DNA of 44,872 bases from an uncultured Collinsella sp. (GCA_900547285.1 URGF01000001.1:1-44872); one strand, 5' to 3'; shown: positions 1-10,041, counted from the stretch's first letter. Notes: generated from the letters alone by a model not told the origin. Program-made: numbers and translations.

Positions 1-579
1 GCCAGCGCCCCGCGCGCCGGCCAGCAGCAGTTTGCTGCCCCGCAGCAGCAGCGCCCCGCCGCCATGCCCCAGCAGCAGCCGACGCCTCGCGCCGCCGCTC
101 CCGACCCGCTTGCCGTGGCAGACCCCTTCGCGCCTAGCGTCCCCGACCCCGCCGCCGCACCCATCCCGGTGCCGCAGACCGTCTCGCGCGACTCGCTTGC
201 CGGCATGGGCGGGGCCGCCGCGACCGGTGCCGCCGTGGGCCTAGGCGCCGCAGCCGGCATCGCCTCCAACATGGCGAGCACTCGCGCCCCGCAGCGCCCG
301 CTCGCCCAGCTCGTCGACGTCGTGAGCGGCGAGAGCCATAGCATCACCTCCGCACAGGTGACCATCGGTCGCGAGCGCTCAGTTTCCGACATTGCCCTGC
401 GCGACCCCAACGTGTCGCGCCGCCACGCCCAGCTCACCTTTACGGGCTCGGATTGGTCGATCGAGGACCTCAATTCCACCAACGGCACACTCGTCAACAA
501 CCGCCGCATTACGCGCTGCCCGCTGCGCAACGGCGATCTGCTGACGTTTGGCCTGAGTACCTTTGAATTTAGGGGATAG
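1..579 (+). CDS. fhaA: FHA-domain protein (FhaA-like), 5'-truncated by window
   Basis: Frame open from base 1. Pro/Ala/Gln-rich linker followed by an FHA domain (IGR...VSRRHA...DLNSTNGT). First gene of the actinobacterial fhaA-fhaB-pstP-rodA-pbpA-pknB cluster. Confidence 0.85.
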   Translation, partial: ASAPRAGQQQFAAPQQQRPAAMPQQQPTPRAAAPDPLAVADPFAPSVPDPAAAPIPVPQTVSRDSLAGMGGAAATGAAVGLGAAAGIASNMASTRAPQRPLAQLVDVVSGESHSITSAQVTIGRERSVSDIALRDPNVSRRHAQLTFTGSDWSIEDLNSTNGTLVNNRRITRCPLRNGDLLTFGLSTFEFRG

Positions 580-585
580 TCGCTT

Positions 586-1002
586 ATGAACATCGATATC
601 GTCCTTTTTGCAGGCCGCATCGTCTTGGTCGCCCTGCTCTATATCTTCCTGTTCGCCGTCATGAAGACCGGCGTGGGACTTGTGCGCGGGCAGCGCCGCG
701 ACTCGGCTATCTGGACGATTGATGTGGACAAGGGTCCGCGCGGTATCCGCGGCATCCACGTAGACATGCTCGGCCCCGTCATCGTCGGTCGCTCGCCGTC
801 TTCGGACATCTGCATCAACGAACCATTCGTCTCGGCCTCGCATGCGCGCTTTTCGCTGCAGGGCCCGGCGCTCATCATCGAGGACCTCAACTCGCTTAAC
901 GGCACGCTCGTCAACGGCCGCCAGCTTGTGGAGCCCGCAACGCTGCGCGAGGGCGACGAAGTCCAGATCGGCGATGTGGTCATGAAGGTGAACCGTCGAT
1001 GA
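586..1002 (+). CDS. fhaB: FHA-domain protein with N-terminal TM helix (FhaB/FipA-like)
   Basis: N-terminal hydrophobic helix, FHA motifs VGR...VSASHA...DLNSLNGT, and cluster position. Confidence 0.85.
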   Translation: MNIDIVLFAGRIVLVALLYIFLFAVMKTGVGLVRGQRRDSAIWTIDVDKGPRGIRGIHVDMLGPVIVGRSPSSDICINEPFVSASHARFSLQGPALIIEDLNSLNGTLVNGRQLVEPATLREGDEVQIGDVVMKVNRR

Positions 1003-2933
1003 TCGACGAGGAGAACAAGTCCGCGACTATGACCGAGGCACCGGCTGCCGCCACAGCTGCGCCGGCCCACGCCGCTCCGGCGGGCTCCGCACCCGTGGAA
1101 CCCGAGGACACCGTGTTCTCCCTGCCTCTTTCGCATGTAACGCATGATATTTCGGATCTCGCCGATAACGAGGACGAAGAGGATGCCGTAGCGGCGCCCA
1201 TCGGCGCACATGCTGCGGAACAGCCCACAGCGCCCGAAGCAACCTCGGCGCCAGCTCACTTTGCAGAGCCCGTCGCCGCGGCAATCAACGAGAGCGCTGC
1301 GGTGTTTGCGGCACCCGAGCCCGCCGCGCCGGCGTTTCCCATAGCCCCGGCATCCGAGGTTGCGCCCGTGTCTACGCCGGCGCCCGAAGCGGGGCCATCC
1401 CCCGAGAACGGCCCTGCACCCAAGGCCCCGCAGCCTGCGCCCGCAAGCGAGTCCGATACCGTGGCCGAGCCCGCCGCCCAGTCGCAAAGCACGCCCGCGC
1501 CGTCGCACTTTGCGACACCCGAGCCTATAGACGTCAGCCCGCAAGACGACGAGTCGACCGCCCGCGCGTCCGAGGAGCCCGGCTCCCCGGACACCGGCGA
1601 TTCCGAATCAAGCGCCGAGACCGACACCGTCTCTCCCGGTGACACAGCCGAGATCGACGTTGCCGCCGTTGAGGCCAAGCTCAAAGACCCCGGCTCGACC
1701 ATGAGCTTTGAGCCCCTGACCGAGGAGCGCATCGAGACCGACTCGACCTATGATGCCGGCACCACCACGCAACTCATGTGGGGCGCCCGCTCCGACGTTG
1801 GCTGTGTGCGCCCGCACAATGAGGATTCCTACCTGGTGCAGTCGCCGCTCTTTTGCGTATGCGACGGCATGGGCGGTCACGCCGCCGGCGAGGTAGCCTC
1901 TTCCATCGCCGTCGAGACTATTGCCAAGACGGCCCCGCAGTCCGCCGACGCAGCACGCCTGGCCGCAGCCGTCGAGGCAGCCAACGCCGCCGTAATCGAG
2001 GCGGCCCTGAACGGCCTGGGCAAGCCCGGCATGGGCTGCACAGCCACCTGCGCCTATATCGAAAACGACACGCTCGCCATCGCCCACGTGGGTGACTCTC
2101 GCGCCTACCTGCTCCACGAGGGCACGCTCATCCGCGTGACCCGCGACCACTCCTACGTGGAGGAGCTCGTGGACGCCGGCGAGATTACGGCAGACGAGGC
2201 TCGCGTCCACCCCAACCGTTCGGTCATCACCCGTGCGCTGGGCTCGGACCCCGCCATGTATGCCGACCACTTCACCCTGCATATCGAGGAAGGCGACCGC
2301 CTGATCCTGTGCTCTGACGGCCTTTCGAGCATGATTCCCGATAGCGATATCGAGAACATCGCCACGCAGTCCTCAACCGCGCAAATCTGCGTCGACAACC
2401 TAGTGGACGCGGCGCTTGCCGCCGGCGGCCACGACAACGTGACCGTAGTAGTCGTTGACCTGGTTGACGATGGCGTTATGCGCGAGGCGCAACGCGTGCG
2501 TCGCCGCAACATTACTATCGCCGCCATCCTGGCCCTCGTCTTTGTGCTGGCAGCTGGCATCTGGGCCTACACGGGTGTCACCGGCTCGTACTACCTGGGT
2601 ACCTACCAGGGCAATGTCGCCGTCTGGCGCGGCCTGCCCGGCAAGCCGCTCGGACTCAAGCTTCACTGGCTCGAAAGCGAAACCAGTATTAAGCTGTCCG
2701 ACCTGCCCGAAGACACGCAAAACCGCCTCAAGGCGGGCATTCCGCAAACAAGTGTCGACGATGCGCAGGACACGATATCCAAGTACCGCCACCAGATCGA
2801 CGAGGAGCAGACCCGCCAGGTGATCGACGCGCAAACGATTCGCGACAACACCAATCAGGGATCGACCTCCGAATCAGATTCCGAGAAAACCGCCGAACAG
2901 TCCGCCGAGGCCGAAGCCTCCGAAAAGAACTAG
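999..2933 (+). CDS. pstP: PP2C-family Ser/Thr phosphatase (Stp1/PstP) with long disordered N-terminus and TM helix
   Basis: Motifs SDVGCVRPHNED, CDGMGGH, HVGDSRAY, LCSDGL, GGHDNVT; TM segment after RRRN; ATGA overlap with fhaB. Confidence 0.92.
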   Translation: MIDEENKSATMTEAPAAATAAPAHAAPAGSAPVEPEDTVFSLPLSHVTHDISDLADNEDEEDAVAAPIGAHAAEQPTAPEATSAPAHFAEPVAAAINESAAVFAAPEPAAPAFPIAPASEVAPVSTPAPEAGPSPENGPAPKAPQPAPASESDTVAEPAAQSQSTPAPSHFATPEPIDVSPQDDESTARASEEPGSPDTGDSESSAETDTVSPGDTAEIDVAAVEAKLKDPGSTMSFEPLTEERIETDSTYDAGTTTQLMWGARSDVGCVRPHNEDSYLVQSPLFCVCDGMGGHAAGEVASSIAVETIAKTAPQSADAARLAAAVEAANAAVIEAALNGLGKPGMGCTATCAYIENDTLAIAHVGDSRAYLLHEGTLIRVTRDHSYVEELVDAGEITADEARVHPNRSVITRALGSDPAMYADHFTLHIEEGDRLILCSDGLSSMIPDSDIENIATQSSTAQICVDNLVDAALAAGGHDNVTVVVVDLVDDGVMREAQRVRRRNITIAAILALVFVLAAGIWAYTGVTGSYYLGTYQGNVAVWRGLPGKPLGLKLHWLESETSIKLSDLPEDTQNRLKAGIPQTSVDDAQDTISKYRHQIDEEQTRQVIDAQTIRDNTNQGSTSESDSEKTAEQSAEAEASEKN

Positions 2934-2940
2934 AAAGGGA

Positions 2941-5820
2941 GTGCCGCTTATGAGTCGCCGCAACACCGAGCTGCTCTTGCTCATCGCCTCGGCGTTCCCC
3001 GTCATCCTGCTGTATGCGATGTACGTGCTCACCGCGGGCGCCGCCATCTCCTTTGAGACGCTCGCGGTGCCGATCGGCCTCTTTGCCGCCTTCGCCGCGG
3101 CACATATCGCCGTGCGCATCTTGGCGCCCGGCGCCGACCCCGCCATCCTACCCATCGTATTTATACTTTCGGGCATCGGCATCACGTTCGTGACACGCCT
3201 CGCCCCCGCTCTCGCCATCTCACAGCTCATCATCCTGTTTGTCTCGGTGGCCCTGATGGTGGGAACGCTCGCGTTGGTTAAGAACCTCGACGTAGTCATG
3301 CGCTACAAGTACACCTTTGGCATCATCGGCATCATTCTGCTGATGCTGCCGATCTTTATCGGCACCACGATCTCGGGCTCCAAGCTGTGGATTCGCATCG
3401 CAGGCTTTACCATCCAGCCCGGCGAGTTCGCCAAGGTCTTTATCGTGCTGTTCCTGGCCGGGTACCTGGCCGAGAACCGCGAGCTGCTCTCCATCTCCAA
3501 CCGCAAGATCTTGGGCTTTAAGATCCCTCGCCTGCGACTGCTGCTGCCGTTGTTTGCCGTGTGGGGTGTGTGCCTGCTCGTCGTCGTCTTCGAACGCGAC
3601 CTGGGTTCTGCCGTGCTGTTCTACACCATCTTCTTGCTGATGCTCTACGTTGCCACGGGGCGCTTTTCGTATGTCGTTATCGGCCTTGCGCTCTTAGCTG
3701 TTGGGGCCGTGGGCGCCTACAAGTTCCTGTCTCACGTTCAGGTGCGTTTCCAGGTTTGGGTCGATCCGTTTAAGGACGCCCAGGGCCAGGGCTACCAGAT
3801 CGTCCAGTCGCTCTTCTCGCTTGCCGATGGCGGTCTGGTCGGTGTTGGCATCGGCAACGGCATGGCCAACAACATCCCTGTCGTCGAGTCCGACTTTATC
3901 TTCTCGGCTATCGGCGAGGAGATGGGCCTTTTGGGCGGCGGCGCCGTGCTCATCCTGTTTATGCTCTTTGCCGTGCGTGGCCTCACCACAGCTGCCCGCG
4001 CAAAGTCCGACCTTGCCGCCTTTAGCGCCACCGGTCTTACGGCAGCCATCAGCTTCCAGGCCTTTTTGATCGTTGGCGGCGTAACCCGCCTGATCCCGCT
4101 GACCGGCGTCACCCTGCCCTTTATGAGCCAGGGCGGCTCCTCGCTGCTGGCGAGCTTCATCATCGTCGCGCTCCTGCTGCGCGCCGGTGACGAGGCGACC
4201 GGACGCGAGGCCGAGCTTACCGGCACCGGCACCATGGCCGCCATCACCGATGATCAGGTCGCATCTTCCGCCGCCCCGACGGGCACGCGCTTTGCCACCT
4301 CGTCTTCCTACGGCAGCGGCAGCCATTCCGTCGGCTCGCGCATGCGCCGTCGCCTGCTCGACACGCCTGAATCCGGTGTGCTCGGCCGCGTTGCGCTCGC
4401 CAACCGTCTAACCCGTGCGGTGCTCGCCTTTACGGCGCTGTTCGCCATCCTTATCGGCAACCTCACCTATGTCCAGGTCATTAAGGCCAAGGACTATCAG
4501 GACATGCCGACCAACAACCACACCATCGCCCGCTCCAAGTACATCCAGCGCGGCTCCATCATCACGTCCGACGGCGTGACGCTGGCCGAGTCGCTGCAGC
4601 AGGAGGACGGCACCTACGTACGCTCCTACCCCAACGGTAACCTGGCAGCGCACGTGGTTGGCTACGTGAGCCAGCAGTATGGCACCACCGCCATCGAGAG
4701 CGTCATGAACGACACGCTCACCGGTTCTAAGGACTACTCCAGCTGGAACAATGCCATCGCGTCGCTCGCGGGCCAGACCCAGCCGGGCAACACCGCCAAG
4801 CTCACCATCGACTCGCGCATCCAGACGGCGGCCGAGCAGGCACTCAAGGGCTTTAAGGGCGCTGTAGTGGTCATCGACCCGCGTACCGGCGCGGTGCTCG
4901 CATGTGCCAGCTCGCCCACCTACGACAACACCAACATCGATGCCCTGCTGCAGACGGGCGGCGGCGAGGACGGCTCCATGTACAATCGCGCCATGGACGC
5001 GCTGTACACGCCGGGCTCAACGTTTAAGGTCGTTACGCTTTCCGCGGCACTCGAGACCGGTACCGCCAGCCTTACCAGCACCTACCAGGCGCCCGGCTCC
5101 ATGGACATCGGCAACGCACCGGTCACCAACTATGCCAACGAGAGCTACGGCACCATCAGCCTGCAGCAGGCCTTTGCCGTGTCCTCCAACGTCGTCTTTG
5201 GCCAGGTGGCAAACGAAGTTGGCGCAAACACGCTCGTGCAGTTTGCCAACGCCTTTGGCTACGGCCAAAAGCTCGGCCAGGACCTGACCTCCGCGGCCTC
5301 CATCATGGCCGACCCGTCGCTCATGACCGAGTGGGAGACCGCCTGGGCCGGCGCCGGCCAGCCTGTCGGCATGGACCACACGCCCGGCCCGCAGACCACC
5401 GTCATGCAAAACGCCGTGATTGCCGCCGCCATCGCTAACAGCGGCGTGGTCATGGACCCGTACTTTGTAGCCCAGGTACTCGCCCCGGACGGAACCGTGG
5501 TCAAGACCACGCAGTCCCGCTCGCTTGGTCAGGCCGTCAGCTCCGCCACGGCCGACCAGGTCAAGCAGGCCATGCTTGCCGTCGTCCAGTCCGGCACCGG
5601 CACCGATGCCCAAATCCCCGGCGTCAAGGTCGCCGGCAAGACCGGCTCGGCCGAGACCGGCGGCACCAACGTCAACTCGATGTTCGTTGGCTTTGCACCT
5701 TACGATTCACCCACGGTCGCCATCTCGGTGGCCTTGGAGGATTTCGACAAGCATGACGTCAAGGCCGCCAAGATCGCCGGTATCGTCCTGACCGCGGCGC
5801 TTGCCGCACAGGGAGCGTGA
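2941..5820 (+). CDS. Fused FtsW/RodA/SpoVE glycosyltransferase plus class B penicillin-binding protein (RodA-PbpA)
   Basis: N-half is multi-TM with QPGEFAK, ESDFIF, LPFMSQGGSS. C-half has transpeptidase motifs STFK, SSN, KTG. One uninterrupted frame; start may be GTG 2941 or ATG 2950. Confidence 0.9.
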   Translation: MPLMSRRNTELLLLIASAFPVILLYAMYVLTAGAAISFETLAVPIGLFAAFAAAHIAVRILAPGADPAILPIVFILSGIGITFVTRLAPALAISQLIILFVSVALMVGTLALVKNLDVVMRYKYTFGIIGIILLMLPIFIGTTISGSKLWIRIAGFTIQPGEFAKVFIVLFLAGYLAENRELLSISNRKILGFKIPRLRLLLPLFAVWGVCLLVVVFERDLGSAVLFYTIFLLMLYVATGRFSYVVIGLALLAVGAVGAYKFLSHVQVRFQVWVDPFKDAQGQGYQIVQSLFSLADGGLVGVGIGNGMANNIPVVESDFIFSAIGEEMGLLGGGAVLILFMLFAVRGLTTAARAKSDLAAFSATGLTAAISFQAFLIVGGVTRLIPLTGVTLPFMSQGGSSLLASFIIVALLLRAGDEATGREAELTGTGTMAAITDDQVASSAAPTGTRFATSSSYGSGSHSVGSRMRRRLLDTPESGVLGRVALANRLTRAVLAFTALFAILIGNLTYVQVIKAKDYQDMPTNNHTIARSKYIQRGSIITSDGVTLAESLQQEDGTYVRSYPNGNLAAHVVGYVSQQYGTTAIESVMNDTLTGSKDYSSWNNAIASLAGQTQPGNTAKLTIDSRIQTAAEQALKGFKGAVVVIDPRTGAVLACASSPTYDNTNIDALLQTGGGEDGSMYNRAMDALYTPGSTFKVVTLSAALETGTASLTSTYQAPGSMDIGNAPVTNYANESYGTISLQQAFAVSSNVVFGQVANEVGANTLVQFANAFGYGQKLGQDLTSAASIMADPSLMTEWETAWAGAGQPVGMDHTPGPQTTVMQNAVIAAAIANSGVVMDPYFVAQVLAPDGTVVKTTQSRSLGQAVSSATADQVKQAMLAVVQSGTGTDAQIPGVKVAGKTGSAETGGTNVNSMFVGFAPYDSPTVAISVALEDFDKHDVKAAKIAGIVLTAALAAQGA

Positions 5821-5952
5821 TGCCCATGATCGAATCGGACACCCGAGGCGCGCCGCGGCCTAAGGGTTAGCGGCAACGCGCCACACGGCCCCAGCGGCCA
5901 CATCATAGGTACTACACACATCGTTGAGCGAATAGTTATGTTAGGAGCAGGA

Positions 5953-7914
5953 ATGGAACAGAGGGTCCTCGGGGGAAGATACCTCCTCAAGGATAAGGTA
6001 GGAACAGGCGGCATGGCGACCGTCTACCGTGCACAGGACCAGGTTCTCGACCGCACGGTAGCCGTCAAGATCATGCTGCCGCAGTATGCTGGCGACGCAA
6101 CCTTCGCCGCACGCTTTAAGCAGGAGGCCCAGGCAGCAGCCGGTCTCTCCTCCCCCTATATCGTGGGCGTCTACGATTGGGGCAAGGACGGCGACACCTA
6201 TTACATCGTCATGGAGTACCTGCGCGGCACCGACCTTAAGAGCGGCATCAAGAGCCACGGCGCCCTCGACCCCAAGAAGGTCGCCCAGATCGGCTCGCAG
6301 ATCAGCTCTGCGCTTTCGGTCGCCCACAAGCACGAGATCATCCACCGCGACATTAAGCCGCAGAACATCATGGTGCTGCCCGACGGCAACATCAAGGTGA
6401 TGGACTTTGGCATCGCGCGCGCCAAGAACAGCCACCTCACGCAAGACAACAACGTGCTGGGAACCGCCCACTACGTCAGCCCCGAGCAGACCCGCGGTCA
6501 GGACCTCGGCCCCACCTCGGATATCTACTCGCTGGGCGTCGTGATGTACGAGTGCGCCACCGGCCGCGTCCCCTTTGACGGTGACGACGCTATCTCGGTC
6601 GCACTCAAGCAGGTCAACGAGCTGCCTATTCCGCCGAGCCAGATCAACTCCGGTGTCGACGCCGACCTTGAGCGCATCATCCTCAAGTGCATGGAGAAGG
6701 ACCCGGCAAACCGCTTCCAGACCGCCGACGAGCTGCGTCAGGTGCTCAACAGCTACCTGTCGGGCCGTGCCGTCAACGTCTCGGAGCCCACGCGCATCAT
6801 CGGTGCCCCCAGTGAGCTGGGTGCCACCAAGACTCGCGAGCTTTCCGATCAGACGCGCGCCATGGTGCGTCCCGTCTCGGGCGTGAGCGGCCAGAATACC
6901 GCCCGTAGCTCGGTTTCGGGCTCCACCGGCTCCTACGAGGTCGAAGAGCCCAAATCCAACAAGAACAAGATCATCGCCGCCGTGGTGGCAGCGGTTGCCG
7001 TCATCGGCATCGTGGTGGCCTTTGCCACAGGACTCTTTGGCGGCGAGCAGGTCGCCGTGCCCGACGTACTGGGCAAGGACCAGCAGACTGCCGTCGAGCT
7101 GATCAAGGAAGCCGGCCTCGAGGTCGGCACCATCGACCAAAGCTACAACGACGATGTCGACGAGGGCAAGGTCGCCGAGCAGACGCCCAACGGCAACACC
7201 AAGAAGGCCAAGGGCACCAAGGTGAACCTGGTAATCTCCAAGGGCCCCAAGCCCTCTGAGAAGGTTGAGGTTCCCCAGCTTGTCGGCCTGACCAAGGACC
7301 AGGCAGAAGCCGCGCTGGCAAGCGTTGGCCTGAAGGGCAACGCCTCCGAGGAGGCCAACGAGGCCGATGAGGGCCAGGTCTTTGAGCAGGGCACCGGAGC
7401 CGGTAAGGAAGTCGCGAAGGGCACGACCATCTCGTACAAGGTCTCGAGCGGCCCGGATACCACGTCCGTCCCCGACCTGACCGACATGACCGAGGCCCAG
7501 GCGCGCAACGCCCTCGATATGGCAGGTTTTGGCGTCGACGTGAGCTACCAGGAGAACGACTCTGTTACCGAGGGCACCGTGATCAGCTGGAACCCCAGCG
7601 GTAAGCAGAAGCCCGGCGCCACGATTACCGTCGTCATTGCCAAGAAGTCCGGCAAGGCCACCGTCCCGGGCAACCTGTACGGCAAGAGCATTTCCGCCGC
7701 CGTTACCGCGCTCAACAACGCCGGTTTCTATAACATTGGCTTCTGTGACCAGAACGGCAATCCCGTGAGCGGTAACGAGGATGCCACCGTTACGGGCGTC
7801 TCCCCCACCGGCAAGCAGTCCACCGACAGCACGATCACGCTGACGGTCGCACTTTCTGGCTCGGGCTCGGGCACGGGCACGGGCACGGGCGACGATTCCG
7901 GTACGACCAACTAG
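5953..7914 (+). CDS. pknB: PASTA-domain Ser/Thr protein kinase (PknB/Stk1)
   Basis: GTGGMA, VAVK, HRDIKPQN, DFG and SPE motifs; TM helix; VPDV/VPQL/VPDL/VPGN PASTA repeats. AGGAG SD favours ATG 5953 (ORF track starts at 5938). Confidence 0.95.
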   Translation: MEQRVLGGRYLLKDKVGTGGMATVYRAQDQVLDRTVAVKIMLPQYAGDATFAARFKQEAQAAAGLSSPYIVGVYDWGKDGDTYYIVMEYLRGTDLKSGIKSHGALDPKKVAQIGSQISSALSVAHKHEIIHRDIKPQNIMVLPDGNIKVMDFGIARAKNSHLTQDNNVLGTAHYVSPEQTRGQDLGPTSDIYSLGVVMYECATGRVPFDGDDAISVALKQVNELPIPPSQINSGVDADLERIILKCMEKDPANRFQTADELRQVLNSYLSGRAVNVSEPTRIIGAPSELGATKTRELSDQTRAMVRPVSGVSGQNTARSSVSGSTGSYEVEEPKSNKNKIIAAVVAAVAVIGIVVAFATGLFGGEQVAVPDVLGKDQQTAVELIKEAGLEVGTIDQSYNDDVDEGKVAEQTPNGNTKKAKGTKVNLVISKGPKPSEKVEVPQLVGLTKDQAEAALASVGLKGNASEEANEADEGQVFEQGTGAGKEVAKGTTISYKVSSGPDTTSVPDLTDMTEAQARNALDMAGFGVDVSYQENDSVTEGTVISWNPSGKQKPGATITVVIAKKSGKATVPGNLYGKSISAAVTALNNAGFYNIGFCDQNGNPVSGNEDATVTGVSPTGKQSTDSTITLTVALSGSGSGTGTGTGDDSGTTN

Positions 7915-7966
7915 TCGCCACTTCACCGCTCATTACGGCTCTCGCCGCAAACATATTCGCTCACAG

Positions 7967-8004
7967 GCGCCCGCTTGCTCCCCCAGCAAGCGGGCGCTTT
8001 CTTT
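7967..8004 (+). terminator. Intrinsic terminator of the pknB cluster
   Basis: 13-bp stem GCGCCCGCTTGCT/AGCAAGCGGGCGC followed by TTTCTTT. Confidence 0.85.
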
Positions 8005-8040
8005 ATCTGAAGCAGCGAATACTACGGCATGCCTTAAACC

Positions 8041-8073
8041 AAAAGAGCCCGGCACCGTAACGGTACCGGGCTC
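8041..8073 (-). terminator. Original tRNA-Arg terminator, left beside the displaced tRNA fragment
   Basis: Minus-strand stem GAGCCCGGTACCG/CGGTGCCGGGCTC followed by TTTT, 10 bp past the duplicated tRNA CCA end. Confidence 0.75.
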
Positions 8074-8082
8074 GATATTCCT

Positions 8083-8129
8083 CTGGTGCCCCCGGGCGGA
8101 TTCGAACCGTCGACACCCGCTTTAGGAGA
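8083..8129 (-). repeat. att direct repeat (displaced 3' half of tRNA-Arg)
   Basis: 47-bp exact match to 22200-22246, running from the CCA end through the anticodon loop. Confidence 0.97.
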
Positions 8130-8320
8130 TATGATTTAATGCTACCCCCTACCATTCATCAAGCATCATTGAACATCATATAACCGCAGATAAACATAGC
8201 AGTTTGTGTCTTCTGCATCCGGTAGCTGCGCCTACGCTTTTACAAACATATTACTAACAGCTTTAGCTAAACTGCACTCATTGAATTGTTGAAAACTATT
8301 CAAAGAAACGGAGTGCAAAG

Positions 8321-9568
8321 ATGTCAGAACAGCCACTCATTAGCGGAAGAGGCACGTGTTGGAAAGACAAGAGATCACCTAACACCTATCGCTATTATTT
8401 TTCCCTTGGGGTCAAGGACCCTAAGACAGGGCGTTACAAACGATCCCCAACTTATACGGTTCGTTGCAAGACTAAAACAGAAGCTAAGGCTGCAATGCAG
8501 GCCAAGCTGGCTGAAATCAACTCCTCTGGCACGATCACTAAAACTAAAAAGCCCACTTTGCTTGCGTCCTACTGCTGGGCCTTTCATGAAAATAGGGACA
8601 CCGAGCTTGCGCCAACGAGCTATGAAAGAGAAGCGTACGATTGCAGGCATATCGAAGACCTATTCGGTGCGTTTCAGACAATTGAGGGGCTAACTCCCGA
8701 TCTAATCGAAGAAACATATGCCGAAGCTCGTCGTACGGGAAAATACAAACCATCAGAGCTTGTACGAATCAATGCGAAACTGCGTCAGATTCTGTCGAAT
8801 GCAGTCGCAAAGAGAATAATTGACCGAAACCCCTGCGCTACCGTTCATGTTCGCAGACCACGCAACAAAAGAGAATCACTTACAATCGACCAAGTAGCTA
8901 CCCTATGCACACATCTTCAACACATTGAGCTCACCGCCGAAGCTGTTGGTACGCTAGTACTAGTGTATACGGGTATGCGAAAAGGCGAGATGCTGGGCCT
9001 CGAATGGCGCGATTGGGACCCTGCCAATAAAACCTTGAAAATTGACAGGCAGTACACCAACGATCATGAACTGAGGGCACCCAAGTCACAAGAAAGCCAA
9101 CGCAAAATCCCCGTTGGAGAAACCTTGGCCGAACGTCTTCAATCATGGTCAGCCATACAAAAAGAGCTCCTGGCCTCTCTGGGGCTGTCCCAGACTGGCA
9201 GCACTCCCATCATTAGCGATATTGCTGTCGAGCAAGGGGTCCCTACTGTCTGTCACATGAAAAACTACATCTTCAACCATTGGTTTCGCGATTTCGCAGT
9301 TAGCTGCAATCTTGGAATCTATGAGCTGAACAATTCGACTGGCGGAAAACTATATAAGGGCATCTGCCCGCATCAGCTCAGGCATTGTGTAAGCACTTTT
9401 ATGCTGGCGAACGGATCGGACGTTAGAAGCGTGCAAGGTATTCTTGGCCACGCGGACCCCAATATCACGCTCAAAACGTATACAAGCCTCGTTCAACAAT
9501 CAGAAATAAAAGCAGTTAAAGGCTACGAAGACTTCATCAACGCCTATATACAGAGAAGCGAGAAATAG
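8321..9568 (+). CDS. int: Tyrosine recombinase / site-specific integrase
   Basis: Catalytic set R (TGMRKGE), K (APKS), HxxR (HQLRH), H (LGHA), Y (KTYT); N-terminal arm-binding-like region; next to the att repeat. Confidence 0.95.
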   Translation: MSEQPLISGRGTCWKDKRSPNTYRYYFSLGVKDPKTGRYKRSPTYTVRCKTKTEAKAAMQAKLAEINSSGTITKTKKPTLLASYCWAFHENRDTELAPTSYEREAYDCRHIEDLFGAFQTIEGLTPDLIEETYAEARRTGKYKPSELVRINAKLRQILSNAVAKRIIDRNPCATVHVRRPRNKRESLTIDQVATLCTHLQHIELTAEAVGTLVLVYTGMRKGEMLGLEWRDWDPANKTLKIDRQYTNDHELRAPKSQESQRKIPVGETLAERLQSWSAIQKELLASLGLSQTGSTPIISDIAVEQGVPTVCHMKNYIFNHWFRDFAVSCNLGIYELNNSTGGKLYKGICPHQLRHCVSTFMLANGSDVRSVQGILGHADPNITLKTYTSLVQQSEIKAVKGYEDFINAYIQRSEK

Positions 9569-9645
9569 CATGTTTTTCATTCATCGTATTTTTCATAATA
9601 TTACGGTACTATAATACCGTTTCCGCAGGTAGATGCTTTATTTGA

Positions 9646-9674
9646 TTGACATCTAATGAGTTTTAATACATGCT
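9646..9674 (+). promoter_or_regulatory. Putative sigma70 promoter for the xis-like/rep-like genes
   Basis: TTGACA (9646-9651), 17 bp, CATGCT; followed by the palindrome ATGACTAC-GCAT-GTAGTCAT (9686-9705). Confidence 0.45.
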
Positions 9675-9786
9675 AAAGCTGTCAGATGACTACGCATGTA
9701 GTCATAGAAACCGGCCCCCCAAGTGCTTATGAACCTGGTACGTCTTACAAGCACAGGGAGGGCCCTCATTGAAAGGATAGCTCATC

Positions 9787-10032
9787 ATGGCTACTCCAAA
9801 GATTAGCACCCAGGCGTCCACACCGACTTTCCCTACTGGTGCCGCTCAGTGCGATCGGTTGCTCCGCGTTAACGATATCCGCGAAATCACTGGCTGGAGC
9901 GAGAACACTGCACGCAAATTCATGCGCGAGTCCGGCAAGCTCATCCAGGTCCATCGCTCTAATTACATGTTTGAAAGCTCATTCTACGAACTTTTCAAAC
10001 AGCTTGAAGGTCGTACCGCCCACCTTGACTAG
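9787..10032 (+). CDS. Small HTH DNA-binding protein, excisionase/AlpA-like
   Basis: 81 aa; LLRVNDIREITGWSENTARKFM resembles an HTH_17/Xis fold; GAAAGGA SD; downstream of the integrase. Confidence 0.65.
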   Translation: MATPKISTQASTPTFPTGAAQCDRLLRVNDIREITGWSENTARKFMRESGKLIQVHRSNYMFESSFYELFKQLEGRTAHLD

Positions 10033-10041
10033 GCGGTAAAC

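Noticed and set aside
7858..7890. GGC(T/A)CG hexamer tandem as a contingency locus
   Set aside because: In-frame Gly-Ser/Thr tail of PknB; length change would not shift the frame.
5941..7926. 661-aa antisense ORF over pknB, and similar long antisense ORFs at 18049-19983, 24006-25916, 26840-29599, 35741-37786 and 42126-44207
   Set aside because: Shadow frames expected from high-GC codon bias opposite well-supported genes; no recognisable motifs.
8083..8129. Second tRNA gene
   Set aside because: Only the 3' half is present, with no D arm or 5' acceptor strand; it is the att duplication.
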